A stretch of DNA of 64,000 nucleotides, from positions 1,054,001 to 1,118,000 of the forward strand of contig AP026134.1 of the NCBI GenBank assembly GCA_030295235.1. The letters are read 5' to 3'. A model generated the notes under the pieces. That model was not told the origin of the DNA. It did no database searches and saw only the letters and a list, made by a program, of their open reading frames with translations. Below, piece by piece: positions 23,473-34,848 of this stretch (its first letter is position 1; each line of letters starts with the position of its first letter). Source of the stretch: Fistulifera solaris. Taxonomy: Eukaryota. Position numbers and translations under genes: made by a program.

Positions 23473-24004
23473 AGTTGGCAGATAAACTTCATTCTTGTCG
23501 CCAAGACATGCCTTTTCGAACAGCGACGACGCGTCCCCAACGTTTGTTCTTTGAAAAGCGACCCTGTACAGTTACGTGCGCGATGACGACGAAAGATCGT
23601 GATGTTATTATATTATTTGGCGGGAAATGTTGCCGTCGCACTTTTCTGCCACCAAAGGAAACAACCAGATGGCTTTCCTACAGAAAGCTCATTCTGGTTA
23701 ATTCGTAATGGCACTAGCACTATGGTAAAAAAGCCACTAAATAAAAATCGACGGCCACGAAGCGCATACGTACTTCATTGGCAGTTTCAAAAGACACAAC
23801 ACAGACAAAAAGGAAGTGCGTGGTCTGGTTTGACAACGTCCGGTACACTTTAATCCAGTGTGTTGTCGGAAATTTCCCCCCAAATCCGAACGGAAGGTAT
23901 CGTCAGTCAAAATTTGATCCGACGCCATCGATTTACAAGATTCTTGTTTCGATCATAATTTCCAAGAAGTTTTGTCTCTTTCATTCGAATTACAATCTTT
24001 TACC

Positions 24005-24508
24005 ATGGTACGTAAAAGCCTTCGTGGTTGCCGGCTCGGCGGCAGCTATGGCTTGAATTCTCATAGCCGCTGCACTTACGATGACCCGTACTGACGCTTG
24101 TTCTTTCTGAACGACACAGCTTTCCAAGTCGACCATTCTTTTCTCCCTCTTCGCTGTCGCCACAGCTTTCGCACCTTCCCGACCGGCCTTCGGTGCTCGC
24201 TCTGCCACTAGCTTGTTCAGCTCGCCTTACGGAAAGTATGACGAAAAGCTTTGGGATATGACTGCCAAGCTCGATGTTTACAACGCCTGGAACCCGGCTG
24301 CCCCCGTTCTCCCCAGAACTTCAACCCTTTCGAGACCTTCGAGGGTAACAGCCCGGATGCTTCTGGATTCTACCCTGGTGAGGGACGCTACAAGGACCCC
24401 ATCCGCCCGGATGTCAACTTCACCACAATGATGGAAGAGCGCAAAATCTTGGAAGAAATTGCTGCCAACCCCAAGGCCGCCCCTGGATGCCCTGGATGCC
24501 GCAATTAA
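24005..24508 (+). CDS. Small plastid-targeted protein with C-terminal CPGC; intron 24008..24119; frameshift in the C-run at 24301-24305
   Basis: ATG|GTACGT...CAG gives MLSKSTILFSLFAVATA-FAP (ASAFAP-type presequence). Codon use is strongly C-ending. Confidence 0.75.
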
Positions 24509-24991
24509 GCGTCAGTAGTATATTGCCCTTGCTGACTCAATATTCAGCCAGAGTCAATTAATATACAGTTTGTTAACTTGCAAATCATGATATTAGTGTT
24601 GCCTCGATACCCGTAGTGTAGGAGTGACGCATTGTCCTGAAAATACAGTGCATCTTTTGATAGTTTTTCTATTACCTCACATCAAGATCCCCTCACACTT
24701 ACACCCCAGCTCCAATTCATGATTGTGTCAAAACATTTGATCGTAGACCGATCTCGACAATGAGTTCCCATGCAATTAAAAAAAATCAATCGGAATAGAA
24801 GAACGCAATAGTGAAAAGACTCGTGGGCGCACAAATCAACAAGCATACCTGGTACATCGGCCAGAGCAATCATGTTTCTAACTTTAAAGGTTTAAAATTC
24901 TCACCTAAACGAGTAAAATAATTGTAATGTACCCCGTCCGTCAATAGCAAACAGTTGTGTCGTGTTATACAAATTTCGAATTCCAACATCT

Positions 24992-25879
24992 CTACGCTAC
25001 GCCAAAGAATCGGCGAGCTTCTTCGCTCTCATCATCGTCCATTTCGTCCACAAGCGCCTCTACTTTTTCATCAATGTGACCCAAGTCCTTGCCTGGTGCC
25101 AGCCTATCTCGAATCATCCTTTTGAGTTGTGAAACCTCAGGGAATCCTCCTTCCCGTTCTCTGTCCCAGATGACCTCATCATCAAGAATGATTATGAATT
25201 GTCCCCCTTTATTTGGCGGTCGACTGGGAATTAGTGAAAACGAATTGAGTTCTTGATCAAATGTCGTCAAAACTTCAAGTCCAAAATAAGCAGCTCGATA
25301 GAGCCAACGGCACCCTGTACAGTAAGTTATCGAAAGAGAAGGCGTTTTCGTCCCAGAAAGAGAAACCTGAGTGATAATTTGGTCTCCTCTTTCTATGGAT
25401 TTGCTGTCATCTTGTATTAAAGCAGACTCTTGACTTTCCTGTCGATCTTTGGTGTCACTATGCCCCAAGAATTTTTTTTGGACTAATTTCATCGCGTAAC
25501 AGCTGTTTGAGCTCTTTCGAATCGGGGAAAGAACCCTCTTCGAATCGATCCCATAGTACTTCCGCGTTGCGTTTGTCTTTCCAACACTGCACAAAGAACA
25601 TGCCTCCTGGCATAGGTGGACGACAAGGAATTAACGTGACCGCCTCGAGCGCTGCCTCATCTTGAAATGTAGTCAGTAGCTCTTGCGCCAACCAAAAGCT
25701 TCGCAGTCCCCACCGGCAACCTGTGCAATACTCGATCGTTACCTGATCCATCAATCGTGATTGTCGATTGCGTGACAGCATTACGGAATTCGCCGGATTG
25801 GGAGTCAAAAACCATCTGTCGAAAGCACTCCAACGGTCGCTATCGCTCCTCCCATAACAGAGACACAAGTGATTCTCAT
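24992..25879 (-). CDS. Rdx (SelT/SelW/SelH-like) protein with two tandem CxxC domains; likely plastid-targeted; frameshifts at about 25807-25811 and 25472-25479
   Basis: IEYCTGCRW...LWDR..EGSFP and ITYCTGCRW...IWDR..EGGFP...LGH. The reconstructed N-terminus is MRITCVSVMGGAIATVGVLSTDG-FLTP. Confidence 0.8.
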
Positions 25880-26357
25880 TTCAAAGGCGAGATAAAGGAA
25901 TCTTCCGTGCTTGGGTGTGTGACGCTCAAATTGCGTTTCGTTCAAATCGAATGTTTTGTAGAAAGATAGAACTTCCTTATTGTCTTGTCGACAAGAAAAG
26001 TTGTGAAAGCTTTTGCCTCTGTTGACGACTCATGACTGCTGAAAATTCCAGTCATGCTGAAAACCAAAAGACTTTGGGTCTTATTATGGGCGAAAAGCGA
26101 AAAGGGAAAAAAGGCAGAACATTCTAACTTTTCTTGCGGTTGGGAATAAGTCAAGGGGAATCCAAAAGTATACGAATTGCTTGTAAGGGTTGGAGCGATG
26201 TCCGTCGATGAAGTCCAACACTAGCAGTCCATTTTCTGGGAAAGTATCAAAGAAAAGAAGTATAATATTTGTATTTATAAATATTGTACAGCATTAACTG
26301 ATTGCGTTTGCCTATAGCGCGTTTGTTTTTTTAGCAAGCCAAAGATACTTTGAGCAT

Positions 26358-27293
26358 TTAATACAGACATTTCAGTCGGCGATATACTTCGGCGTATTCT
26401 TCTTCATCCACTTTCATGAAAGGCTCTACTCGATTGAGCAATTCTTGAATGGAACACTCGCTATAGCCCCGATATCGGACACAAAGAACCAACACAGCCA
26501 AGGCCACGACGCTGTTTCGACATTCGAGAAACGATGCACTGGCTACAGAAACTTCCGCAATTGTTGCACACAAAGCTTCGAACTCATTCCAAGACTGGTT
26601 CGTTGGGAAAAACTCCCAAAGAAGACGGCAGTACTCGATGGTAGTCGGTGGTGTTACTTGCCATTGAAGCGTCTTGAGAATATCATTCTCAGTGGCGATG
26701 ATATCTTGCGGTTTGTAAAAGCCTCGAGACATGAGGACCAATGCATCGACTGTTAACTTGTGTCCATCCATGATCTTGATACTGATGTACAGACAAGTCA
26801 TACTAAAGAGTTGAAAGTCTTCGCGAGTGATTGGTAACGAATTGGAAGAAAGCTCCGAGTCAACGTAACGGTCCAGTAGATGAAAGCTATTTGCAATTAC
26901 AGCAGTTCGGTCGATGACACCATAGCTATCCGCCACCATACAAGACCAATCGAACATTTGTTCTCGCCAAAATTGCAGTGAATCTGTGGATGGGTACGGA
27001 GGATACTGTTGCGCACAGGTGCAAGTATTCTCCAGACGAGATTTTTCCTCAAAATCCTGCACGCATGTGACAGAAGGAACTTTATTCACAGTCGCTTTCG
27101 CTGGAGGAGAAGCTACCGGATCTGTTACCATCCACGCGCATTCTTCCAACAGATGGAGAGCCGCTTGTTGAGATTCCGTCATTATGGTGCCGCATGAACA
27201 TCTCGAATTTGAGGCTTGTATGTAATCACGACGACGATAAGCTTTCTCCTCGCGCTGCATCATGGCAATGATTGTATCTTGAGCAGCATCCAT
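26358..27293 (-). CDS. Cyclin, diatom-specific cyclin type
   Basis: Cyclin box WREQMFDW...FHLLDRY...FQLFSMTCLYISIK...ENDILKTLQW..PPT. ATG at 27293. Confidence 0.88.
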   Translation of the reverse strand: MDAAQDTIIAMMQREEKAYRRRDYIQASNSRCSCGTIMTESQQAALHLLEECAWMVTDPVASPPAKATVNKVPSVTCVQDFEEKSRLENTCTCAQQYPPYPSTDSLQFWREQMFDWSCMVADSYGVIDRTAVIANSFHLLDRYVDSELSSNSLPITREDFQLFSMTCLYISIKIMDGHKLTVDALVLMSRGFYKPQDIIATENDILKTLQWQVTPPTTIEYCRLLWEFFPTNQSWNEFEALCATIAEVSVASASFLECRNSVVALAVLVLCVRYRGYSECSIQELLNRVEPFMKVDEEEYAEVYRRLKCLY

Positions 27294-27487
27294 GATTAAT
27301 AGGGCCAGCAATCTTCTCAAAAGCTCTGATTTATAATGTATCTTTACTTCAAAAACCCGCCGGAAAAGTGTGGTTGATGGGAAATTTGAACACGGAAGAT
27401 TTTGCCGTGCAAGCTGCAAGTGCAAGTTGGTTGGTGGACGAGTGAACGGACCAATCAAATTCTGCGGCAAAAGCCGATGTGGTCAAA

Positions 27488-27820
27488 ACGTCAATACACT
27501 AACTACTATAGAAGATTATGTGCGTAATCGACTTCTTGAGTACCGGTATCGGGCAACCTGTGGAAAACGGAACTCAAGACTACTGTCATGATCAATGTCG
27601 AAAGGCTGACCGCTTGCCGTCCAGTCGATGTCATCCATTTCTGTGTTTCGCATTCGTTGTTGCTAGTAGAGTGTCTCTTCTGTTGAAGAGTTCTATGACG
27701 TAAGCCAACAACGAGTGAATATGGAGTAACGAGTAACGAGTATTGAGGCAAGTGACGTAAGATAATATGAGATCAATCGTGGATTGTTTGGTTCAACATT
27801 TTATTCAACATTCAACGTCA
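27488..27820. promoter_or_regulatory. Cluster of four TGACGT (bZIP/aureochrome-type) sites upstream of the cyclin
   Basis: ACGTCA at 27488 and 27815, and TGACGTAAG at 27696 and 27753. Confidence 0.4.
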
Positions 27821-27995
27821 ATGATGATGATTCGTGACTGCAGAACCCAAATCCTAAACTCGAATGAGATTCGAAAGTTTTTTCTATGCAGCGAGGACGA
27901 CGACAAAAAAAATTCGAAAAAGCATGACAGGGTGTCATAAAACTTTCCACGCATAACTTTTGAGGCCGCTGCTACTCAGAACACCTCAAAAAGTG

Positions 27996-28835
27996 ATGTA
28001 CTTGATTCGTGTTACCCGTCTCCTTGCCGGGAATAAGCGGCCACGATGGTTTAGCAGTGAGCCCCAAGTAACTTCGACCTTGACTTCCTCGGAGATCGGT
28101 TTAATCACCTTGAACCATCCTCCTGCCAACGCCATGGGAAGAGTCTTTCTACAACAGCTGAAACACGAAATGAAATCCATGGAAGACGCACGCTGTATTA
28201 TCCTTCACTCGGCATTAGCTCCCAAAGTATTTTCGGCGGGGGCAGACTTGAAAGAACGAGCCACCATGACAATGGAAGAGGCGGAAGCATTTGTTGTCCA
28301 ATTGCGCACGACTGTGCAGGAACTCAGCGATCTTCCGGTACCAGTCATTGCCGCAATCGATGGTGTTGCGGTCGGAGGAGGTCTCGAACTGGCCCTGGCA
28401 GCGGATTTGCGCGTCATTTCCGCGAGGTCGAAAGTCGGATTGCCCGAAACATCACTTGCGATTGTTCCTGGTGCGGGCGGGACACAACGATTGCCTCGAC
28501 TGATAGGAGAAGGTCGTGCAAAAGAGCTTATTTGGACGGGTCGACGTCTCAGTGGAGTCGAAGCGGCAGAATATGGACTAGCAACGCGGTTGGTGGAAAA
28601 TGAAGAGTCGACCTTGGAGACAGCCATGAAGTTGGCGGAAGAGATAGCGAAGAAAGGCCCGGTGGCTATACGAGCATCCAAATGGTCAATTCATGAAGGA
28701 ATGAAAGAAGCTTCAATGGAAAACGCATTAGAAGTTGAGCGTCAAGCTTACGCTCGAGTACTCCCGACAAAAGACCGTCTCGAGGGTCTGGCAGCCTTTC
28801 GGGAAGGAAGAACGCCCAACTATCGAGGCGAGTAA
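27996..28835 (+). CDS. AUH: Methylglutaconyl-CoA hydratase / enoyl-CoA hydratase, mitochondrial
   Basis: Motifs FSAGADLKER, AVGGGLELALAADLR, GLPETSLAIVPGAGGTQRLPR and DRLEGLAAF. Confidence 0.88.
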   Translation: MYLIRVTRLLAGNKRPRWFSSEPQVTSTLTSSEIGLITLNHPPANAMGRVFLQQLKHEMKSMEDARCIILHSALAPKVFSAGADLKERATMTMEEAEAFVVQLRTTVQELSDLPVPVIAAIDGVAVGGGLELALAADLRVISARSKVGLPETSLAIVPGAGGTQRLPRLIGEGRAKELIWTGRRLSGVEAAEYGLATRLVENEESTLETAMKLAEEIAKKGPVAIRASKWSIHEGMKEASMENALEVERQAYARVLPTKDRLEGLAAFREGRTPNYRGE

Positions 28836-28880
28836 ATTAAGTACACAATTCACTACTCAATTAAGTTTTAAAGCACTAAG

Positions 28881-29612
28881 CTAAGACAATCGCACAACAT
28901 TGGTATCCAATTTACGTTCCAGTAAGACATAGGCACATCCCGCTAGCCCGAGAGAACTGGTGGCCGTGTGCAACGAACTCGTGTATTGCAATGGCACGAT
29001 CGAGTCAATGACCCCCGAACTGATCGACAAGAGTCCAATCATAACGGCTATCCTGGGTCTCATTTTCTGCCAATAACGCTGATGATATTGCTCTGCTTGA
29101 TAAAACGACTGCAATGGTTCAATTTGTGTAAGACGAGCCGGAACTCCATCGGGGCGAACCGTATCGGCATTCTGTTGCAACCATGATTGTGCTATTCGTT
29201 CCTGCTCTGTGTTGTGTGGAAAAATGAATGATGCATATTGTCGGGATCCATTGAAGGCCGGTTCTTGGCAATGAAAGAAGGCATCCAGTAATTGTATGTA
29301 GGAAATTTGTGAAGTGTCGTAAATGACGCGCACCCCTTCCACCCATTCTCGCGAAAAGCAAACGGAATCATAGGTAGGCGCTTCGGACGATTGCTTTCCT
29401 GTATATCCAACGACAGTATCGATAACACCCGGGATTTTCAGTAATTCTTCCGATGGTTTCCAGAAACATCCCATTCCAAAGGTCGCTTCTTCTTGGGCCA
29501 AGAAGCGTGATGTGGAGAACAGCGTGCGACAAACTTTCGGCGAGGGAGTAAACGCAGTTGCAACCCCGCACAAATAGAGGAGAGAAACAATGTGACGACT
29601 CATGAATGTCAT
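28881..29612 (-). CDS. msrA: Peptide methionine sulfoxide reductase MsrA, plastid-targeted, with hydrophobic C-terminal extension
   Basis: GCFW, VGYTG, PTYDSVC and FYQAEQYHQRY motifs, with an ATA-FTP presequence. Confidence 0.85.
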   Translation of the reverse strand: MTFMSRHIVSLLYLCGVATAFTPSPKVCRTLFSTSRFLAQEEATFGMGCFWKPSEELLKIPGVIDTVVGYTGKQSSEAPTYDSVCFSREWVEGVRVIYDTSQISYIQLLDAFFHCQEPAFNGSRQYASFIFPHNTEQERIAQSWLQQNADTVRPDGVPARLTQIEPLQSFYQAEQYHQRYWQKMRPRIAVMIGLLSISSGVIDSIVPLQYTSSLHTATSSLGLAGCAYVLLERKLDTNVVRLS

Positions 29613-30259
29613 GTTTTATTTGTGCAAAGATCCATTCCATAGTCTAGTACTGGTCCTTATTATTTGGGAGTGCAAAGCCAACAATACTGGTAACACGCGA
29701 ACTAAAGAAAAACGGAGTTACTTGCTACGACGTATATTTCGTGACAGAACTGCAGTCGTTCGTGGTCAAGTTGAGAGTACAATTTAGCCTATAGAACACG
29801 AGGATGACAATGATCCGCGAGCAATATTGATAGAGAGATAATCGAGGTGTGCCATGAAATTCAACTGTTCATTAATGTTTCGCTATGAAGATGGATGCAA
29901 CTTACCAAGCTAGCAAGAAGAACGGAATTATAAGGAGCAAACTCGCTGGGAAAAATACTACTTCGTGACTGAATTGTAGTCATGCGAGAAGGTCGCTTAC
30001 TCATCAGCGCTATAGCCGTGACGGAGCGGTAACCAAACTTTTTTTGTGAATACTTTGTACTTTGTAGCTCTTTGCCAGGGACAGCAACGAGTGGCTCAAA
30101 AGAGGCCGTTGTGGGCGCCGGAGGAATGAAAATAAACAAAGGCAACATTACCTAGGCAGCTAAAGTTGCCAGGAGTAGATTGAAAGGAAAGTTTATCGTC
30201 CTTTTATAGATAGACATTTGAAGAAGACTCATTCCAGCGGTAAAAACTCGAGCGCAAGC

Positions 30260-32459
30260 ATGACGCAACAAGACAACAAACAAGAACTGCAAGATCGCTT
30301 AGACGCGTTGAATGCCCAAATCACCAAGCAGGGCTCGCATGTCCGACAACTCAAGAAAGACGGAATTGCGGATGCCATCGGAGAAGCTGTAGAACAGTTG
30401 CAAGCTTTGAAACTGGAAGCTGCTACTCTGCAGAATAAACTACAAGCGGGCGAAACGCAATTCAATCGCAAGTCATTCGATGATTTGATTTTGCGAAAAA
30501 TGTTTGTCATTCCGAGTTTCGAGATTCACGGTGGTGTCAAAGGTCTGTTTGATTTGGGTCCTCCGGCTTGTGCTCTCAAGGTACGTTTATGATTGTGACG
30601 CTGCTGTAACAAGTACAAGTATCTATATGTTCTCATGCGTACACTTTTCTTTGCCGTAGGCCGCAATGATCGACATGTGGCGCAAACACTTTGTTCTGGC
30701 CGAGAATATGCTGGAAATGGAGTGCACTTGTTTGACTCCACAAGTTGTTCTCAAAACAAGTGGTCACGTTGATCGATTCACGGATCTCATGGTGAAAGAC
30801 CCGGCAACCGGCGAGTGTTTCCGTGCCGATAAGTTGTTGGAAGATGCGATTGATGATTTAATTGAAAAGAACCCCACTATGCCAAATGCCGAAAAGGAAG
30901 AACACTTGAAAATACAACGACAAGCCGATGCTTTCTCGCCTACTGAACTAGACGAGCTTTTGGTCAAATACAATTGCAAGGGACCTTCGGGTGAAGCTTA
31001 TTCTCCCTCATTCCCCTTCAATCTCATGTTTCAAACCAGCATCGGACCGGAAGGTACGTCGGTAGGATACTTGCGACCCGAAACAGCCCAGGGTCTCTTT
31101 GTGAACTTTCGTCGATTGTTGGATTTGAATGCCGGCAAGACACCGTTTGCGGCGGCACAAATTGGTTTGGGATTCCGTAACGAGATTGCACCACGCTCGG
31201 GGCTCTTGCGCGTGCGAGAATTTTGCATGGGCGAGATTGAACACTTTGTCAATCCGAATGATAAGTCGCACCCGAATTTTGCATCCGTGGCTACCAAAGA
31301 ACTCGTCTTGTTTGGTCGTGACGATCAGCTGGGATCGGGTAAAACCAAGACGGTAGCCATTGGAGAAGCTGTTAAGAGTGGCTTGGTAAACAATGAAACT
31401 TTGGGTTATTTCATGGCACGAACGCAACTTTATATGGAAAAGATTGGTATGGATCCGAAGCGTTTGCGTTTCCGTCAGCATTTGACGACCGAAATGGCGC
31501 ATTATGCTACGGATTGTTGGGACTTGGAGATTCAGTCGAGTTATGGTTGGGTCGAGTGCGTGGGCCATGCCGACCGCGCTTGTTACGATCTAGAGGTGCA
31601 CAGTAAAGCGACCAAGACGCCCATGGTGGCTACCGAAAAAGTGGATCCACCTGTCGAGATTGAATATGCCAAGATCAAGTTTGATCGTAAGTTACTCGGT
31701 CAAGCATTCAAGCAAGACCAACGTGTTGTTTCGGGACTTTTGGATGGACTAGCTGAAGATTGGAAGAATTTTGAACCTATTGCCACGGCACTGGAAACCG
31801 ATGGTAAGACGACCTTAGACAACTTTGTGATTACTAAGGAAATGGTTTCGTGGACCAAATCTTCCAAGAAAGTTCACGAAGTGAAATTTACCCCATCTGT
31901 GATCGAACCCTCATTTGGCATGGGCCGAATCTTGTACTCCTTGCTGGAACATTCCTTCTACACGCGCGAAGGAGACGAGCAACGAACGGTGATGCGATTC
32001 AATCCGCAAGTGGCCCCTCAAAAATGTGCTGTGTTCCCTATCAGCAGCAACGCCGAGTGCAATGCGGTTGTTGACGAAATTGCCGCTGACCTTATGGACA
32101 GTGACCTCGCCACACGCGTCGACAAATCGTCCGCCGCTTTGGGTAGACGATATGCGCGCACGGATGAATTGGGTGTCCCTTTCGCTGTCACTGTTGACTT
32201 TGAAACACTAAAGATAACACCATCACGCTTCGAGAGCGTGATTCCATGAAAACAGGTGCGCTTGCCGAAGTCGGAAATCACGCCTTTATTGATGCGTATT
32301 GTACATGGCAAACTTAACTGGGATGCAGTCACAAAGAAGTATCCTTTGGTACAAGTGGATGAAGGTGACGGAGTCGTCGCTGAAAGCACCGAGAAAGGGC
32401 CAACCGTCGTGGAAACAACATCTCGTGGACGATTTAGACGACCTGCCCCCCAGAACTAA
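30260..32459 (+). CDS. GARS: Glycine--tRNA ligase (WHEP + class II catalytic + anticodon domain); intron 30581..30659; frameshift at about 32210
   Basis: Motifs YLRPETAQG, FRNEIAPR..LLRVREF, EPSFGMGR and RRYARTDELG. One extra A restores KDNTITLRERDS. Confidence 0.96.
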
Positions 32460-32520
32460 AAAACGATAGCTTGTTTACGTTGCTAAAGTAACAATGGGTT
32501 TTTCTAGGTCAAAAGTTGTA

Positions 32521-34848
32521 TTACTTAAGAGACTTTAGTGCTGAAAGAATCCTTTCACACACCTGAATGCAATAATCTCTCGTTGCAGTTGTTGGCGAGA
32601 CCATGGCACAAATAATGTTATCGTGTCGAATCACGTTCAAACCACCTCGACGCAGCAAAGCAACCGCCATGTTGGTTCTTTTATACTCATCGTCATACGG
32701 TTCGATTAGAGCTACCTTCATTACGCTCCCAAACGTAGCAACACTTTCGACATGAGGTAGAAGTGAAATTTCAGATACCTGTTTCTCATCAAACGCCATA
32801 AAAGAGCCCGGCTCGTTCTGGATGATGGCTTTACTAGCTTCTAGCTCGTGAACAGTTCGAACACACTCATCTGGCTGTGCTGCATTGAGATGTCCGAACA
32901 GCAACGCTTCGCCTGGTTCGTCACCAAGAAATGTTTCAAAAACTTCGTTTGTTGTCGCAATAGTAGAAGGTGCATCGCCCATTCCACCACCATAGCACAA
33001 AATATCTGCTTTCACCTGAAGCAATCTTTCAGCATTTAGCAGTCCAAAGCGATACATTCCGGACATTCTTTCGTCAAAGATTACAGGGACTCCTCTCGAT
33101 GCGGCCACATCCACCAAAGCGCGCTGCCATAACGGGTCGACAAAATTGCAGACTAGACCAGCCATGACTGGTTCTAGTATGACTCCGCCAATCTTTCGGT
33201 TGACCCCACTGTGTTCGTAGACCAACCACTGCATTTCAATCATTTCTTTGTACTGCGAGTGGAGCTTCCGATGCGAAATGAGTCGTGTGCTGATATCCAT
33301 TATCGAGGGAACACTCTCGAACTCAAACTCAGTTTCAATCTGATACGATCCAGGTATAGATACTTTTAATGTTCCGTCTTTATACGCCCACGTCGGCGTC
33401 TCAAACAAAAGGCTATTAGACGAATACCAAGGATGCTGGTCTTCCACAAATGTTTGGCGAGGTCCTGCTACATTGAGTGCACCTAGCGTATCGCCATGGT
33501 AGCACCCTTCTTGCGCAGCTACCGCCCAATCATATTTTTGCGGATCAGAAACGTCCTTGCGGCGATGATATGTCCGTAGTGCCATGTACAGCGCTACTTC
33601 GACATGATTACCTGCGACATATAAGACCTTATCCGCACCAAGTGAATGGGCTAATGCCAAGCCAGGCGAGGTAACAACCGGATTCAAATCAAGACGCCCG
33701 TAGCGACCGAGTGCTGCCAAGGTTGCAAGATTTTGTGTTGACTCTGCATGCCCTAATATTGTGGAAGCAACGCTCATATCGTCAGATTGAACGCATTCAA
33801 GCGTGGCTCCTCCTTCGCTAAATTCCAAAAGATGGTGCCGATTCTTCGTCGCGCTATTCACGATGGCGACCTCGCTTTGCTTTATATTCTTGTGTTGAAT
33901 GTTGGGATACCATAGGACACTGCTAGCATCTCTGGGCATGGATCGCCAGTCGTGCACTTGTCCTTCGTGCCAGTTTTGCAGATATTCATCCAGTTCTGAA
34001 AATTTTGCGCTGGTGGATTCGTACCACTCGAAGAGAGGTACTTCTGGATCTTTAGGAATGGGAGGCAACGAAATAATAGACTGCAATGGTAAAGGAAATA
34101 GCCTTTCTCCGGTACCTGATCGAAATGGTAATGCCTTTCGCTCCGCTAAAGCTCGAATAGCGGACACATTGTCGTAACCATTTTCCAAAAGAACTAAAGC
34201 AGCAACATCATATCCACGAGCAATCACCACCTCTAGAGCCGCTAAAGTAGCACTGATCCCACCCAGACGACCATCACCTACTAGAACAACAGGGGCTACT
34301 CCAGTTAGCTCCTGATACAGATCGGCCTGAGGGATCCAGCCCCACTGATTTTTTGTCAATGCATGACGAGGTGAACAATTTTCCGGTGACGCGGAAGCTG
34401 GACTCAAAGCTCCCCCAGCTGTTTCAATGTAGGATGTGAGATGATCATACTGTTGCTGTTGCTGCTGTAGTGCTTCCGTCAGAGCCGAGAGTATCTGTGC
34501 ATCACCGACTGGCTTGTTTTCCCGAGTGCAAGCCGTGTGAGGCGACGCGGGTGTATCCCACGAAAAAAGCGTTTGAGCCGTCAATTGACTTTTGTCTTTC
34601 ACATGGCGCTCCACAAAATCCTGATCACTTCCTCCACATTGCAGCGGTTTAATGTAATGCACTGGGCGTTGCTTTAAACTAGCCTGAACGAGCCCCGCCG
34701 AAATCACTGTTTTGCCGACATCTGTATTCGCACCAAAGATTATGTTCGTCCTCTGTTTCGGGGTTATTCGCCACCTCGACGAAGGGGCAACAGACGAAAA
34801 GAGTCGCTTTTGGAATAAGAAAGCGCGATAAACGAGAGTTGGGCTCAT
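32521..34848 (-). CDS. BIO3-BIO1: Dethiobiotin synthetase / DAPA aminotransferase fusion (BIO3-BIO1); aminotransferase half degenerate
   Basis: BioD motifs GANTDVGKT, YIKPLQCG, ETAGG and GDGRLGGIS. BioA-like YHGDTLGA, ILEP and VIFDE are present, but the PLP lysine is absent. Mitochondrial-type N-terminus. Confidence 0.85.
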   Translation of the reverse strand: MSPTLVYRAFLFQKRLFSSVAPSSRWRITPKQRTNIIFGANTDVGKTVISAGLVQASLKQRPVHYIKPLQCGGSDQDFVERHVKDKSQLTAQTLFSWDTPASPHTACTRENKPVGDAQILSALTEALQQQQQQYDHLTSYIETAGGALSPASASPENCSPRHALTKNQWGWIPQADLYQELTGVAPVVLVGDGRLGGISATLAALEVVIARGYDVAALVLLENGYDNVSAIRALAERKALPFRSGTGERLFPLPLQSIISLPPIPKDPEVPLFEWYESTSAKFSELDEYLQNWHEGQVHDWRSMPRDASSVLWYPNIQHKNIKQSEVAIVNSATKNRHHLLEFSEGGATLECVQSDDMSVASTILGHAESTQNLATLAALGRYGRLDLNPVVTSPGLALAHSLGADKVLYVAGNHVEVALYMALRTYHRRKDVSDPQKYDWAVAAQEGCYHGDTLGALNVAGPRQTFVEDQHPWYSSNSLLFETPTWAYKDGTLKVSIPGSYQIETEFEFESVPSIMDISTRLISHRKLHSQYKEMIEMQWLVYEHSGVNRKIGGVILEPVMAGLVCNFVDPLWQRALVDVAASRGVPVIFDERMSGMYRFGLLNAERLLQVKADILCYGGGMGDAPSTIATTNEVFETFLGDEPGEALLFGHLNAAQPDECVRTVHELEASKAIIQNEPGSFMAFDEKQVSEISLLPHVESVATFGSVMKVALIEPYDDEYKRTNMAVALLRRGGLNVIRHDNIICAMVSPTTATRDYCIQVCERILSALKSLK

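Noticed and set aside
24992..25879. Selenoprotein
   Set aside because: Both motifs are CTGC with Cys codons, and there is no in-frame TGA at the active site.
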